From a virus (taxonomy: Duplodnaviria > Heunggongvirae > Uroviricota > Caudoviricetes), in IMG/VR virus record IMGVR_UViG_2778261504_000010, positions 1-47,426 of that record: DNA of 47,426 bases, one strand, 5' to 3'. Shown here piece after piece: positions 19,840 to 28,751 of this stretch (position 1 is the first letter of the stretch; the number at the start of each line of letters is the position of its first letter). A model generated the notes under the pieces. That model worked only from the letters and a program-made list of their open reading frames with translations. It did not search any database and was not told where the DNA came from. Position numbers and translations under genes: made by a program.

Positions 19840-21498
19840 TTACCATCCTCCTGAACCAAAACGCCCGCCACGGTCACGCCCGCTGCTGCGTGGGGTGTGA
19901 ATCTGAAATTTTGCGCTGCGCGATACCGCCAGCGTCCACAGCATGTGCAGACAGTCTGGGCCATCATCGTGGTCGGCTTTGGGGTAGTGGCGCAGCTGGT
20001 CAATCAGCGTCTGATGTGCCGGACTGATACGAATCAGGCCGTTGGCCATATGCGGCTGAAGGGATTCAATACGCAGCGCCTTATCCTCCAGCGGGATGAC
20101 CGGCAGCGCCGGAACCGGTACGCCCAGCGCCGCCGAACGCTCAACCAGCACGGTACGCAGAAACTCCTGAAACTGGACGGACTCAAACGACCAGCACAGA
20201 CAGTGGTATTCCCGCTGATACTTAATCACGTCTTCGATAAGTTTATTCGGCAGACGCCGGCGGATATCGGCTTCAACCACATCCAGAATGCCGGTAAAAC
20301 GGTTAAAGCCCCCCACGAGAATGGCCGACGGGTCGCGGTTTTTGTTTTTCTTCCCGAGACTGGGGTCAACAGCACCATAAAACACCCATTCATCAAGACG
20401 GTTAACCCAGAATTTAATGCAGCCCGCAAACAGCGCGTCTTCACCGCTGACCGGGTCGTTCTGGTACTCAGAATCAAAGGTGTCGTGACCGTCACGGACA
20501 CGGATTTTCATCAGCGCCAGCAGGGGACGCGCCGCCCATGACACCACCGACCCGGCGAGCATATCGGCTTCGTTCTGCTGATAAAGTGCCTCCGCCGCTT
20601 CCGGCTGTTTGTTGCGGATGAGTTCTTCCCACTCGTCCCACAGCTTCATATTGGCAGGCCACTGAATGACGGCCTTAAAACGGGCCGTTTTCCACATCGG
20701 GTTATTCAGCGTGCGCGACAGTACGGAGTCGTAATGCAGGATGGTCCCGATATAAATAATATCGGTTTTACCGCCAGCCTCGCCCAGCGGCATCACGGTT
20801 TTGGTAAGCCAGTCATGTAGCTTGTCGCGCTGCTCCGGGTTACGCACCATCTCGTCGTTCTCGATGTCGTCGAGGATGACCAGGTCAGGACGGTACGGGC
20901 CGTGGCGCAGACCACGCAGTTTTTTACCGCTACCGGCGACGGTCACCTTGATATTGTTGGCCGTGACGATGGTCCCCATACGCCAGACGCGCCCCCGTCC
21001 GCACACTTCCGGGAAATCGTTTTTTAAACGGGGGTTAAATTCCAGTTCAGCCTTGATGGCTTCCAGCATCGGATAAGCCTGGTCGATACTGTCCATAATG
21101 ATGACCGGGTAATGCTTAATGGCCCGGATAATGATCCACAGGGTAAACAGCTGAGTCACCAGCGTGGATTTTGCTTCACCACGGGGCGCGGCGATGGCGT
21201 CGTTCTCCGGGTCCGGGCTTGCCACAACCTGTGGCAGACGGCTGAACAGGTATTTATGCAGCTCACTTTTTGCCGGGTTGCGGACGTAGTGCGGGAAATA
21301 GTTTTCGACAAAATAATCGTAGCCCGTCACCGGGTCACAGACTGCCGCCCGGCGTGCCTGTGTGGCCTGCGGGTTAACATCGAACCCCAGACATTCAGCC
21401 TCGATGGTCTGGCGGAGGTTGGCGATGTACTCCTGTAAGCCTTTCTGAAACTCTTTAATGGAAAGTTTACGTTTTGCCACGTCACACCTGGTATACAA
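19840..21498 (-). CDS. terminase large subunit (Mu gp28-like)
   Basis: 552-aa ORF; position before portal. Confidence 0.85.
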   Translation of the reverse strand: MYTRCDVAKRKLSIKEFQKGLQEYIANLRQTIEAECLGFDVNPQATQARRAAVCDPVTGYDYFVENYFPHYVRNPAKSELHKYLFSRLPQVVASPDPENDAIAAPRGEAKSTLVTQLFTLWIIIRAIKHYPVIIMDSIDQAYPMLEAIKAELEFNPRLKNDFPEVCGRGRVWRMGTIVTANNIKVTVAGSGKKLRGLRHGPYRPDLVILDDIENDEMVRNPEQRDKLHDWLTKTVMPLGEAGGKTDIIYIGTILHYDSVLSRTLNNPMWKTARFKAVIQWPANMKLWDEWEELIRNKQPEAAEALYQQNEADMLAGSVVSWAARPLLALMKIRVRDGHDTFDSEYQNDPVSGEDALFAGCIKFWVNRLDEWVFYGAVDPSLGKKNKNRDPSAILVGGFNRFTGILDVVEADIRRRLPNKLIEDVIKYQREYHCLCWSFESVQFQEFLRTVLVERSAALGVPVPALPVIPLEDKALRIESLQPHMANGLIRISPAHQTLIDQLRHYPKADHDDGPDCLHMLWTLAVSRSAKFQIHTPRSSGRDRGGRFGSGGW

Positions 21499-21532
21499 AT
21501 ATCAGACGGCCCGGAAGACCGGGCCGCTGTGG

Positions 21533-22036
21533 TTAACTGAAATTATCCTCAAGCTCTTTAGCGAAGCCTTCGAGCACCTCAAGAAACGGGGCATACTGTG
21601 CCGGGTGACGCTCCTTGATGAACGCGCCGAGCCGCTGCACCACTTCCAGTGCCGTGGCGAGCCGGTCGGTTTCCGGCAGGATTTTTTTACTGCTGGCCAC
21701 CGCCTTACTGAGACTGTCAGACAGACTCGCCAGCAGTTCGACGGACTCCTGCGGCGGGATGTCCGGGTTCTGGTTCAGCCGTTCAAGCGTCGTCTGACAC
21801 TTCACCACCAGACTGATAAGCACGGTGCGGGCGACACTTTCCAGCCCGTCACCGGCGAGCGCGTGCGCGGCCCGCAGCTTGTCCCAGTCGTCGCCGTTCT
21901 TCATCGCCTGCGTTTTCCAGCGCCGTGCGGTGTCGTGCGGCACGGCGTACTTCATTGCGACGATATCCAGCGGAAGCTGGTCAAAGATGTACCCGTTACG
22001 GACTTTGTCCCTGATATCCTGTGACCACGCCATCAA
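21533..22036 (-). CDS. terminase small subunit-like protein (Mu gp27-like)
   Basis: 167-aa ORF immediately upstream of large terminase. Confidence 0.6.
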   Translation of the reverse strand: MMAWSQDIRDKVRNGYIFDQLPLDIVAMKYAVPHDTARRWKTQAMKNGDDWDKLRAAHALAGDGLESVARTVLISLVVKCQTTLERLNQNPDIPPQESVELLASLSDSLSKAVASSKKILPETDRLATALEVVQRLGAFIKERHPAQYAPFLEVLEGFAKELEDNFS

Positions 22037-22353
22037 ACGCCCTTCCGGGTATCTGAAACCGTTGCGCCATCAGGTAGTTCGGTGACTGCAAATACAGGCA
22101 TTCCGGGATGGCGGATATCCTCAATCATTTCCAGCATGGACTCGCCAAACCATTTCAGCTGTGCTGCCTTGCGGGCGTCCTGGTAATAAATCAGATAACG
22201 GTTTTCACCATCTGCATACTGGGTACGGGCTTTAATTTCCCCGCATTCTCCGCTGACGTGCAAAGCCACAACCTGCGTCAGTCCGAACTTAAAGGGACGC
22301 CCGGGAACAGCGGCTTCCGTCAGTGCAATCGCGGTGTTTTCTTTTTGTTTCAT
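22033..22353 (-). CDS. hypothetical protein
   Basis: 106-aa ORF between lysis cassette and terminase. Confidence 0.4.
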   Translation of the reverse strand: MKQKENTAIALTEAAVPGRPFKFGLTQVVALHVSGECGEIKARTQYADGENRYLIYYQDARKAAQLKWFGESMLEMIEDIRHPGMPVFAVTELPDGATVSDTRKGV

Positions 22354-22374
22354 TTGTGCAAAACCTTAAAAAAA

Positions 22375-22557
22375 TCAGTTCTGTGAGCACTGCCGGATGC
22401 CGTCAATAATCCGGCAGACCTGCGCCGCCGCGTCAAACAGCTGTCCCGTTCTGTTAATGTCTGTGCATCCCACCGGAAGCAACATCATCAGAAACAGGGC
22501 CAGAACACAGCGCGCGGCTTTACGTGGCGTTCTGTGGGTCCAGTAACTTCTGTTCAT
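22375..22557 (-). CDS. small lipoprotein, candidate spanin
   Basis: 60 aa, hydrophobic N-terminus with LPVGC lipobox-like motif, directly downstream of endolysin. Confidence 0.4.
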   Translation of the reverse strand: MNRSYWTHRTPRKAARCVLALFLMMLLPVGCTDINRTGQLFDAAAQVCRIIDGIRQCSQN

Positions 22558-22570
22558 AACCCGTCCCGCA

Positions 22571-22951
22571 TCAGCGTTTTAACTGGAAATGAGGCCCGTC
22601 TTTCAGCGTTTTCCAGTCTCCGCCCCATTCGATGGCGACACTCAGCTCTGCGGCAGCCTGTTTAAAGGCTCGGGCGATTTTTTCGTATAACGGCCAGTCC
22701 CATGAAATGGAGCTACCAACGTAAGCCACGACATCAACGGCATCGCCAGTAAGGTGACGGCTGTTCATGGTCTGGCTCTTACCTTCAGCGACAAGTTGTT
22801 TCTGACGTTCTTTCGTGCGTAAACCTTCGGTAATACCAAAATCGACGTCCGACAACGCCAGCGCACGGCGTACAACCGCCACCAGTTGTGGCTTTACGCC
22901 AGCCAGATTTTTCTCGCTACGTTGACTGAAACGGAATTTTCCCGACATATT
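22571..22951 (-). CDS. endolysin, peptidase M15-type
   Basis: Start taken at internal MSGKFRF whose ATG overlaps the upstream stop; motifs SRHLTGDAVD and WGGDW recalled as typical of M15 peptidases. Confidence 0.65.
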   Translation of the reverse strand, partial: NMSGKFRFSQRSEKNLAGVKPQLVAVVRRALALSDVDFGITEGLRTKERQKQLVAEGKSQTMNSRHLTGDAVDVVAYVGSSISWDWPLYEKIARAFKQAAAELSVAIEWGGDWKTLKDGPHFQLKR

Positions 22952-23235
22952 CACCTCCGCAGTAACGAAAGGATTTTTGACAAATTCCCGTGCGCCCACA
23001 CGATAAGCGCACAGAAAACCAGATTCAGCGCCACAACCAGCCAGCTGGAGTGCGTGTATGTACCGGACAGCCAGCGAAACGGGATGATGATGTAGCCGAG
23101 CATCAGCCAGTACGCCAGCCAGGTAATCATCGGTTTATGCGCCGCACCGTGGCGGCGATACACAAACAACCCCAGCACAATGGCGAGACACAGCCAGACG
23201 TTCACGATACCGGCAAGGCTACTTTCCATTTCCAC
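22951..23235 (-). CDS. small membrane protein (holin/antiholin candidate)
   Basis: 94 aa, two to three hydrophobic helices, upstream of endolysin. Confidence 0.5.
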   Translation of the reverse strand: MEMESSLAGIVNVWLCLAIVLGLFVYRRHGAAHKPMITWLAYWLMLGYIIIPFRWLSGTYTHSSWLVVALNLVFCALIVWAHGNLSKILSLLRR

Positions 23236-23611
23236 CCCCTCCGCCGCGCAGTCTGGAAAACAGGCCGAACAGCGATGAAATTTCCTGTTGATAAAGAAAG
23301 GTCAGTATCTTGATGGATAACGCCGAGACACCGACCGCACACAATGCATCGAGCGGTTTGTCGTTGTAGTGGGTCAGCCACTGCATCAGTGACGCAGCCA
23401 CTCCAGCCCCCAGAACACCAACCACAAACGCGACGAGCAGGTGAATAGCCATTCGCCAGACCGGTATTTCTTTCTGCTGCGTGACAACAAAAAGCGCCCC
23501 GGCAAACGCGCCCACCACGACCCCAAAATCGGTATTGGTGAGAAGACCAAACACACTGGCACCACCGATGGTGACTGCCACAGCTCCGCCGCCTGATAAG
23601 GGTTCAGACAT
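23219..23611 (-). CDS. membrane protein (holin candidate)
   Basis: Start at MSEPLSGGG with AGGAG RBS; three hydrophobic segments; Gly-rich C-terminus. Confidence 0.5.
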   Translation of the reverse strand: MSEPLSGGGAVAVTIGGASVFGLLTNTDFGVVVGAFAGALFVVTQQKEIPVWRMAIHLLVAFVVGVLGAGVAASLMQWLTHYNDKPLDALCAVGVSALSIKILTFLYQQEISSLFGLFSRLRGGGGGNGK

Positions 23612-23793
23612 GAGTTTCTCCTGTAAATCTGAGCCACTGACGGCCCGTAAATAACACCCTGTCAAAGGCACAGAAGCCTTTTGCAGGGCGCTATCCCTTA
23701 AGGTGCCTTGTGGTCTGAGTGGACAGGGTAAACGGTCTGGTGTGGTGGGTACTGCTGGGGGAGTTCAGCACCCCGCGGCGGCGGGGTGATAAA

Positions 23794-24072
23794 TCAGAAG
23801 CGGGAAATAGAATCCGGCGTAATAAGAGGTTTATTACAAAGCGGAGCAGAGGCGTTCGCCTTTTCCATCGCTGCGCGCATCTCGTTTTCGCTGGCGATGA
23901 TGTCAGCAATGGCACACTGTAACGCTTCTTCCTGAACAACCATATCCGGTTGTTCGGCCATTCGGTTTAGTTGGTTGGCCAGATTTTTCATATAAGCGAA
24001 GCGGCGTCCGGCAGCATCCCGTGCCTGCTCTGAGTAGGCCGTATACTCGCCAAGTGCCGTATAGTTGGTCAT
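23794..24072 (-). CDS. hypothetical protein
   Basis: Start at MTNYTALGEY preceded by AAGGAG; no recognised motif. Confidence 0.4.
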   Translation of the reverse strand: MTNYTALGEYTAYSEQARDAAGRRFAYMKNLANQLNRMAEQPDMVVQEEALQCAIADIIASENEMRAAMEKANASAPLCNKPLITPDSISRF

Positions 24073-24097
24073 AAGTGTCTCCTTTTTCTGAGGCCCA

Positions 24098-24565
24098 TTA
24101 ATCAAAAAGCCCCACCTGGGTGGGGCTTGTCAGCGAAGTCTGTTTTTGTCGTCGGTGTATCAACTGCCATGCGTACCGGTCTGAAATGCCGTAACGGGGA
24201 CAGAGCAGTGCCAGCGCCTGCCGGTGTGAGCATCCGTCTTTTACATGCTGCTGTAAATCAGCCATAAAACGGGTGTTACGCAGGGCACGTAATGCATGAT
24301 CGCAACGGGGAATGTAAAACGGAGCACCGCCAAGAAAGCGGATCAGTTTGTTGATTTCGTCTTCGGTCAGCACATCATGTAACAGGGCATGGACGCCGCC
24401 GGTGCGTTCAGCGTGTGCGCCGGTTTTACCGCTTAACGTCACGCCACCAAAAGAACGGATTAACCGGGTCAGGGCGGGGAAGCCAATCACGCTAATCAGT
24501 TGTTGCACGGAGTCGGGCAGCAGTGCCTGCGCATCGCGAAGATCTGTTTCACTGAAGGTCTGCAT
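24098..24565 (-). CDS. Mor/C-family transcriptional activator
   Basis: 155 aa with C-terminal helix-turn-helix-like segment GISDRYAWQLI; located just upstream of lysis and late genes. Confidence 0.6.
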   Translation of the reverse strand: MQTFSETDLRDAQALLPDSVQQLISVIGFPALTRLIRSFGGVTLSGKTGAHAERTGGVHALLHDVLTEDEINKLIRFLGGAPFYIPRCDHALRALRNTRFMADLQQHVKDGCSHRQALALLCPRYGISDRYAWQLIHRRQKQTSLTSPTQVGLFD

Positions 24566-24620
24566 GATGGCGTCTCCGGTAGTAACTTACTGTTATTATA
24601 GCCATACATGATCGCCTGTA

Positions 24621-24660
24621 CAGACCACAAAAAAGCCCCTGCAAGGCAGGGGCTAAACTA
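24621..24660 (-). terminator. rho-independent terminator after the secreted-protein gene
   Basis: Stem gcccctgc/gcaggggc (24635-24653) followed on minus strand by TTTTTTG. Confidence 0.55.
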
Positions 24661-24664
24661 AGTC

Positions 24665-25141
24665 TTATTTAGTCAGGTCTAGAATAACCAGGCCTTTTCT
24701 TGATTCTATTTGCTCTTTACCAAAAACAAACGAATCAAAACAATCCATACGATATTCTTTAAACTGATTTCTTGAACGTTCCAGAAACTGCCTGTCATCC
24801 CTGATAACGTTAGACCAGTAATCCTGTAGCTGGTTTTTCATTTTTATGCAGGAACCATACACAGGATCAAGCGGGTCGTCCCCCAGTTTACTGGCCTGTT
24901 CATCCAATTGTTTTAGTCCTTTTTTGATATTCTTCCACTCTTCAATATTTCCCTGCTGATACTGCGATGCAGCTTCTGGCATAGCGTAATAAAGTTTTCC
25001 ACTTTCCCGAAGCATCTGTTCAGCCAATGGCTTCATATCCTGATAACGTTTCAGTTCCTTTTGCGCCTGTTCCTCTGTCTGTGCCAGCACAGAACAAGAG
25101 AAAATAACCCCTACTAAACAAAACAACCATTTTTTCATCAT
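24665..25141 (-). CDS. secreted protein of unknown function (AT-rich cargo gene)
   Basis: 158 aa; N-terminal signal peptide MMKKWLFCLVGVIFSCSVLA; visibly AT-rich compared with neighbours. Confidence 0.6.
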   Translation of the reverse strand: MMKKWLFCLVGVIFSCSVLAQTEEQAQKELKRYQDMKPLAEQMLRESGKLYYAMPEAASQYQQGNIEEWKNIKKGLKQLDEQASKLGDDPLDPVYGSCIKMKNQLQDYWSNVIRDDRQFLERSRNQFKEYRMDCFDSFVFGKEQIESRKGLVILDLTK

Positions 25142-25536
25142 TGATTTCTCCTTCTTGAATCTTTAACCAGCGCCACCATCACCCCAAAAAGCTGTTCATC
25201 CGTCAGCCATTCGATCACATGTTGCTTATACATGTGAGATGCCAGTCCTTCTGCATACGCCCAGGAACGACCTGCATCAGCCAGCAACGCTTCAATTTTG
25301 GATAATACTGATTTTCTGCTCATTGCAACATGAGGGCGGCGACCTTTACCAGCGGGTGCCTTGCGCGGGAATCCCTGTTCGTGCATGTATTCCCGGATGA
25401 TGCGCAGTTCATCGAGATTGCAGCGTGTGGTGCTGGTTTTACCGGTCAGGCGGGCCAGCGTCTGGCGATAAAGGGCATCATCCCACCCCAGATACGCCTG
25501 ACCAGCTTTAATGGCCCCGATCATCTTTTTCAGCAT
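25138..25536 (-). CDS. GemA-like protein (Mu gp16 family)
   Basis: Start taken at internal MLKKMIGAIKAGQAYLGWDD; resembles GemA family as recalled. Confidence 0.55.
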   Translation of the reverse strand: MLKKMIGAIKAGQAYLGWDDALYRQTLARLTGKTSTTRCNLDELRIIREYMHEQGFPRKAPAGKGRRPHVAMSRKSVLSKIEALLADAGRSWAYAEGLASHMYKQHVIEWLTDEQLFGVMVALVKDSRRRNQ

Positions 25537-25786
25537 GTTTGTTATCCTCAAAACGCACGGTAAAACGTGAAACGCCAATCCCTGACAAGAACGCAGCGGC
25601 ACGGTCAAGAGACAACCACGTCTTGTAATCGCCACGGCGTTCCTGTAGAAAATAGGACACACCGGCGCGGCGATTCACAGCGAAGAGGTGATACACACCA
25701 CCGAACCGCTGCACGACGAACTCATCCACGCCACCGCTTTCAGCCTGTTGCCGAAAGGCTGCCATTCCGATTTGTTCAATCTTCAT
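25508..25786 (-). CDS. hypothetical protein
   Basis: ORF-track start at 25795 is a TTG; first ATG at 25786. Confidence 0.35.
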   Translation of the reverse strand: MKIEQIGMAAFRQQAESGGVDEFVVQRFGGVYHLFAVNRRAGVSYFLQERRGDYKTWLSLDRAAAFLSGIGVSRFTVRFEDNKHAEKDDRGH

Positions 25787-25940
25787 AATGACCAAAACAC
25801 TACTTTTGGCAGACCAAAAAACATGTTTTGGTCTGCATTTGATTACTGTTTAAACAACCCGCGAAATCAGGAACGTCGAGTTACGGTGATGGCTTTCATC
25901 GTGTTGTTGCTCCGTGATTCAGAAAATTTCATGCCGGGCC

Positions 25941-26351
25941 TCAGTATGTGAAATAGACAGTTGCCACGCCGTTATAGTGATCAAACGACACGGCGTTTAC
26001 CTCATAACTGGCCGGGAGCTTCGAGCCAAGAACGTATCCGGGCCACGTTTTCCATGGAATTTCTCTGCTCTCACTGTCGCCATATACCGTACATCCCAGT
26101 GAGCCTACAGCTTCATAAGAACGCTTACCGCACGTTATGAACCCCAGATGTTGCTTACTGCCCTTAACAGAAATCGGGAGAGCACTGGCTGATGCGTTAG
26201 CAGCATCCCGCTCCTGTTGGCTTGCGATATTCGCAGAGTTCGCAGCAGCTGCGGCAGCAGTGGTTGCAGCGGTAGATGCCACAATAACTGCTGAAGCCTG
26301 CGCCTGCTGGGTAATGGTCAGCAATGCCGCCACAAAAATCATTTTCTTCAC
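25941..26351 (-). CDS. secreted protein of unknown function
   Basis: 136 aa; signal peptide MKKMIFVAALLTITQQAQA then Ala/Thr-rich low-complexity linker and Cys-containing C-terminal domain. Confidence 0.6.
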   Translation of the reverse strand: MKKMIFVAALLTITQQAQASAVIVASTAATTAAAAAANSANIASQQERDAANASASALPISVKGSKQHLGFITCGKRSYEAVGSLGCTVYGDSESREIPWKTWPGYVLGSKLPASYEVNAVSFDHYNGVATVYFTY

Positions 26352-26546
26352 CTGGTACCTCCTTTACATACTGTCATCGTACTGCGTACCCTTTCTTCCG
26401 CCTGTTCTGTGACGCGGTAGGCTTACGATTTACGGTAAAAGCCACCTGACCAAATGGATGGAGCACCGCTGTCTTATGGTTGCTGATAACCAGCGACACC
26501 ATACACACAGGTCGCTGTAAAAGAAGTCGTATTGCTTTACGGTTTT

Positions 26547-26861
26547 TCATCTGATTATTCCCCCTGAAACCAGCCCTGAACGGATTACTGTTTTTGCAAT
26601 ATGTGCCCGTAATTGCTGTGTTCCGTGATATTTGATTGCCACATCGCGTAACTTATTAACCAGTTCCCTGACCTGATGCTCCTTTGCTCCCGGTGTCACC
26701 GGAACGCCCCCTGTTTTCCGATACTCCTGAAGCTCCAGCAGAGACTGCCGTAAGAGCGTCCACCATTCGCTGTCTGCAACCGGCCCCATATCAAGCGCTC
26801 TGTCAGCATCGGCAATCAGTCTGGTCAGGCTCTTATCGCTTATTCTGGTTTGCTGGTTCAC
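26547..26861 (-). CDS. hypothetical protein
   Basis: 104-aa ORF in early region. Confidence 0.4.
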   Translation of the reverse strand: MNQQTRISDKSLTRLIADADRALDMGPVADSEWWTLLRQSLLELQEYRKTGGVPVTPGAKEHQVRELVNKLRDVAIKYHGTQQLRAHIAKTVIRSGLVSGGIIR

Positions 26862-27148
26862 TGCGCCGCCTCCTGCTCATTTTTTTCACTCCGGTATACC
26901 AAAATCACGACATCTCCCCGGGTAATTACGCGTGCCGGGTCGCCCTGTTGCATACGGTCAATATCAAAAGCGTCATTAAACGCATTTAGTGCCTTCACGC
27001 GCTTGTCTTTGCGGCGACGTTTTTCACATTGCTTAAAGAACGAAGAAATCAACCACCTGAATGACATAAAAGTGATATAGCCATAACCAATAAGCGCCAG
27101 ACCTGTATTCATGGCTACATCTATCGTTATCGTTTTATCAATGACCAT
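26858..27148 (-). CDS. small membrane protein
   Basis: 96 aa with one hydrophobic helix (LALIGYGYITFMSFRWLISSFF). Confidence 0.4.
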   Translation of the reverse strand: MVIDKTITIDVAMNTGLALIGYGYITFMSFRWLISSFFKQCEKRRRKDKRVKALNAFNDAFDIDRMQQGDPARVITRGDVVILVYRSEKNEQEAAQ

Positions 27149-27368
27149 TGCCAGCCTCCTGTTTTGCCACTTTAAACGCCCGTAACATCGGGACAGTCTT
27201 GCCGGTGATAACAGTTCTCATTAAAAGACCGCCACCGCTCTCATGGTGCACTTCAGGGGCTACAAACAACGCCGCATCCACAACCCGGTTATAGCGGCGA
27301 AACTCCCAGAGCCAGCAGGTAACAATGATTTTTGCTTTAGTCCCATAGTTATAAAATTCAATATTCAT
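27138..27368 (-). CDS. hypothetical protein
   Basis: 76-aa ORF, overlapping start/stop with neighbours. Confidence 0.35.
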   Translation of the reverse strand: MNIEFYNYGTKAKIIVTCWLWEFRRYNRVVDAALFVAPEVHHESGGGLLMRTVITGKTVPMLRAFKVAKQEAGNGH

Positions 27369-27592
27369 TTGCAGTTAAACCTCCTTTTGTGACGTTCTAC
27401 AGCGGCTTTCATGGCGTTGTGTACGGTTCTTTTAATAATCCGGTGTCCCGCACTGTCATAGAACCGCCACCGGGAAGCCCCCGGATATTTAGGGAACTCA
27501 ACCGCCGCGCTACCGTCATTCATCCTGTATTCGTGGCGTTCTCCGGGAGGCTGGTATATTGCTTCGGTAACACTGAGAAGTTTAAAAGCCAT
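27365..27592 (-). CDS. hypothetical protein
   Basis: 75-aa ORF. Confidence 0.35.
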   Translation of the reverse strand: MAFKLLSVTEAIYQPPGERHEYRMNDGSAAVEFPKYPGASRWRFYDSAGHRIIKRTVHNAMKAAVERHKRRFNCK

Positions 27593-27594
27593 CG

Positions 27595-28305
27595 TTATCC
27601 CCTCCCCAGTGCCAGCGGTCTGTTGCTCTGACCATTAACCCCCTGATGCAGCCTGGCGTTCTTCCCGGCGATAAAACCGGCAGTAGCGGCAAACTCTGCA
27701 CCCCGACACGCTTTAGCTGTGCGCATATCCCCGTCGCGCAGTCCCTTAGTGCTGTGCAGGTTCTTTCTGTAAAGCTCAAGGCGGCTTTTTTCTTCCGGGG
27801 AGACGTCATACACCGCAATGACATCACGGGCACCAAAGACCCAGCCTTCGCAGAACTGGTCGCCACGGGCCACCCGCGTGGACGGACCGCAACGTTTGCA
27901 GTGTTTATCCTGATATTTTTTACGTTCAGCCATCATCTGACGGGAAAGCACATCAAACGCGTATGCCGCAATTTCCGGGCGGCTGTCAGGACCATAAAAA
28001 CGAACGTAACGTTTGAGTGAACCAGAAGCCCGGTATTCACCTGAGATGTAACACTCGACGCCGAAGGCTTTACATACCAGGTCACACAGGATGTGCATAT
28101 AACGCGGCGGCGTACTGGCATCACTCGGCGCACCCGCGCTGGCAGCTTCCTGAATGTCGAACAATTCCGCGTCGTTTTCGCTGATGCCATGCTGGCGCAT
28201 ATAAGCCTGGGCTTTTGCAATAGCGTTAGCGGCTTCTTCCGGGCTTGATGTTCCTCTGGCAAGGCGTAACAGTTTTTTGATTTTGGCAATGTATTTATCT
28301 TTCAT
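27595..28305 (-). CDS. DUF2786-like phage protein
   Basis: 236 aa; N-terminus KIKKLLRLARGTSSPEEAANAIAKAQ resembles the motif of that family as recalled; Cys-rich centre. Confidence 0.45.
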   Translation of the reverse strand: MKDKYIAKIKKLLRLARGTSSPEEAANAIAKAQAYMRQHGISENDAELFDIQEAASAGAPSDASTPPRYMHILCDLVCKAFGVECYISGEYRASGSLKRYVRFYGPDSRPEIAAYAFDVLSRQMMAERKKYQDKHCKRCGPSTRVARGDQFCEGWVFGARDVIAVYDVSPEEKSRLELYRKNLHSTKGLRDGDMRTAKACRGAEFAATAGFIAGKNARLHQGVNGQSNRPLALGRG

Positions 28306-28392
28306 GGTTGTAACTCATTGTTTTTGATCAACTTATAACCACAAAACACTTGTCATAATCGCTGCCCCAACATACCAATCAGGAGTTAAAAA

Positions 28393-28611
28393 ATGATTGA
28401 TGATGAAATTGCGGCAGCAATTACTGCTAACAAAGCTGCGTGGAGCTTTCTGGTTAAACAGCTTTCAGAAAATGGCTGTCTGAACCTCAGCGCCCTGGAT
28501 TCTGAATTACGCAACTTCCAGCACGGCCTTCAGGAACGTGGGGAGTTCGTTCTGGCTGCGGCGCTGGATGAACATCTGCTGTCGATTGAGAACTGGTCGC
28601 AAGACGATTAA
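28393..28611 (+). CDS. small acidic protein encoded antisense to the early operon
   Basis: 72 aa; RBS AGGAG 7 nt upstream of ATG; followed by a terminator hairpin. Confidence 0.5.
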   Translation: MIDDEIAAAITANKAAWSFLVKQLSENGCLNLSALDSELRNFQHGLQERGEFVLAAALDEHLLSIENWSQDD

Positions 28612-28688
28612 AACAAACGATTGTCAGATTAATTTCGCGGGCGAACTTTTTTTGCTTAGCGATATTCATAAATAAACTCTCTCTGATT

Positions 28689-28730
28689 CAGGCGTAAGCC
28701 AGCCCCGGCGGGTTTACGCCTGTTTTAAAT
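28689..28730 (+). terminator. rho-independent terminator
   Basis: Stem caggcgtaa/ttacgcctg (28689-28722) followed by TTTTAAAT. Confidence 0.55.
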
Positions 28731-28751
28731 AACAATTGAAAACAAATTAAA

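Noticed and set aside
18012-20541. Plus-strand ORFs of 160-214 aa antisense to portal and terminase genes
   Set aside because: Nested within strongly supported minus-strand genes; Arg/Pro-rich composition is typical of antisense frames of GC-rich coding DNA.
24101-24126. Hairpin gccccacc/ggtggggc at the 3' end of the Mor/C-like gene as a terminator
   Set aside because: It overlaps the last codons of the gene, the loop is only 2 nt and the T-run is short; too weak to call.
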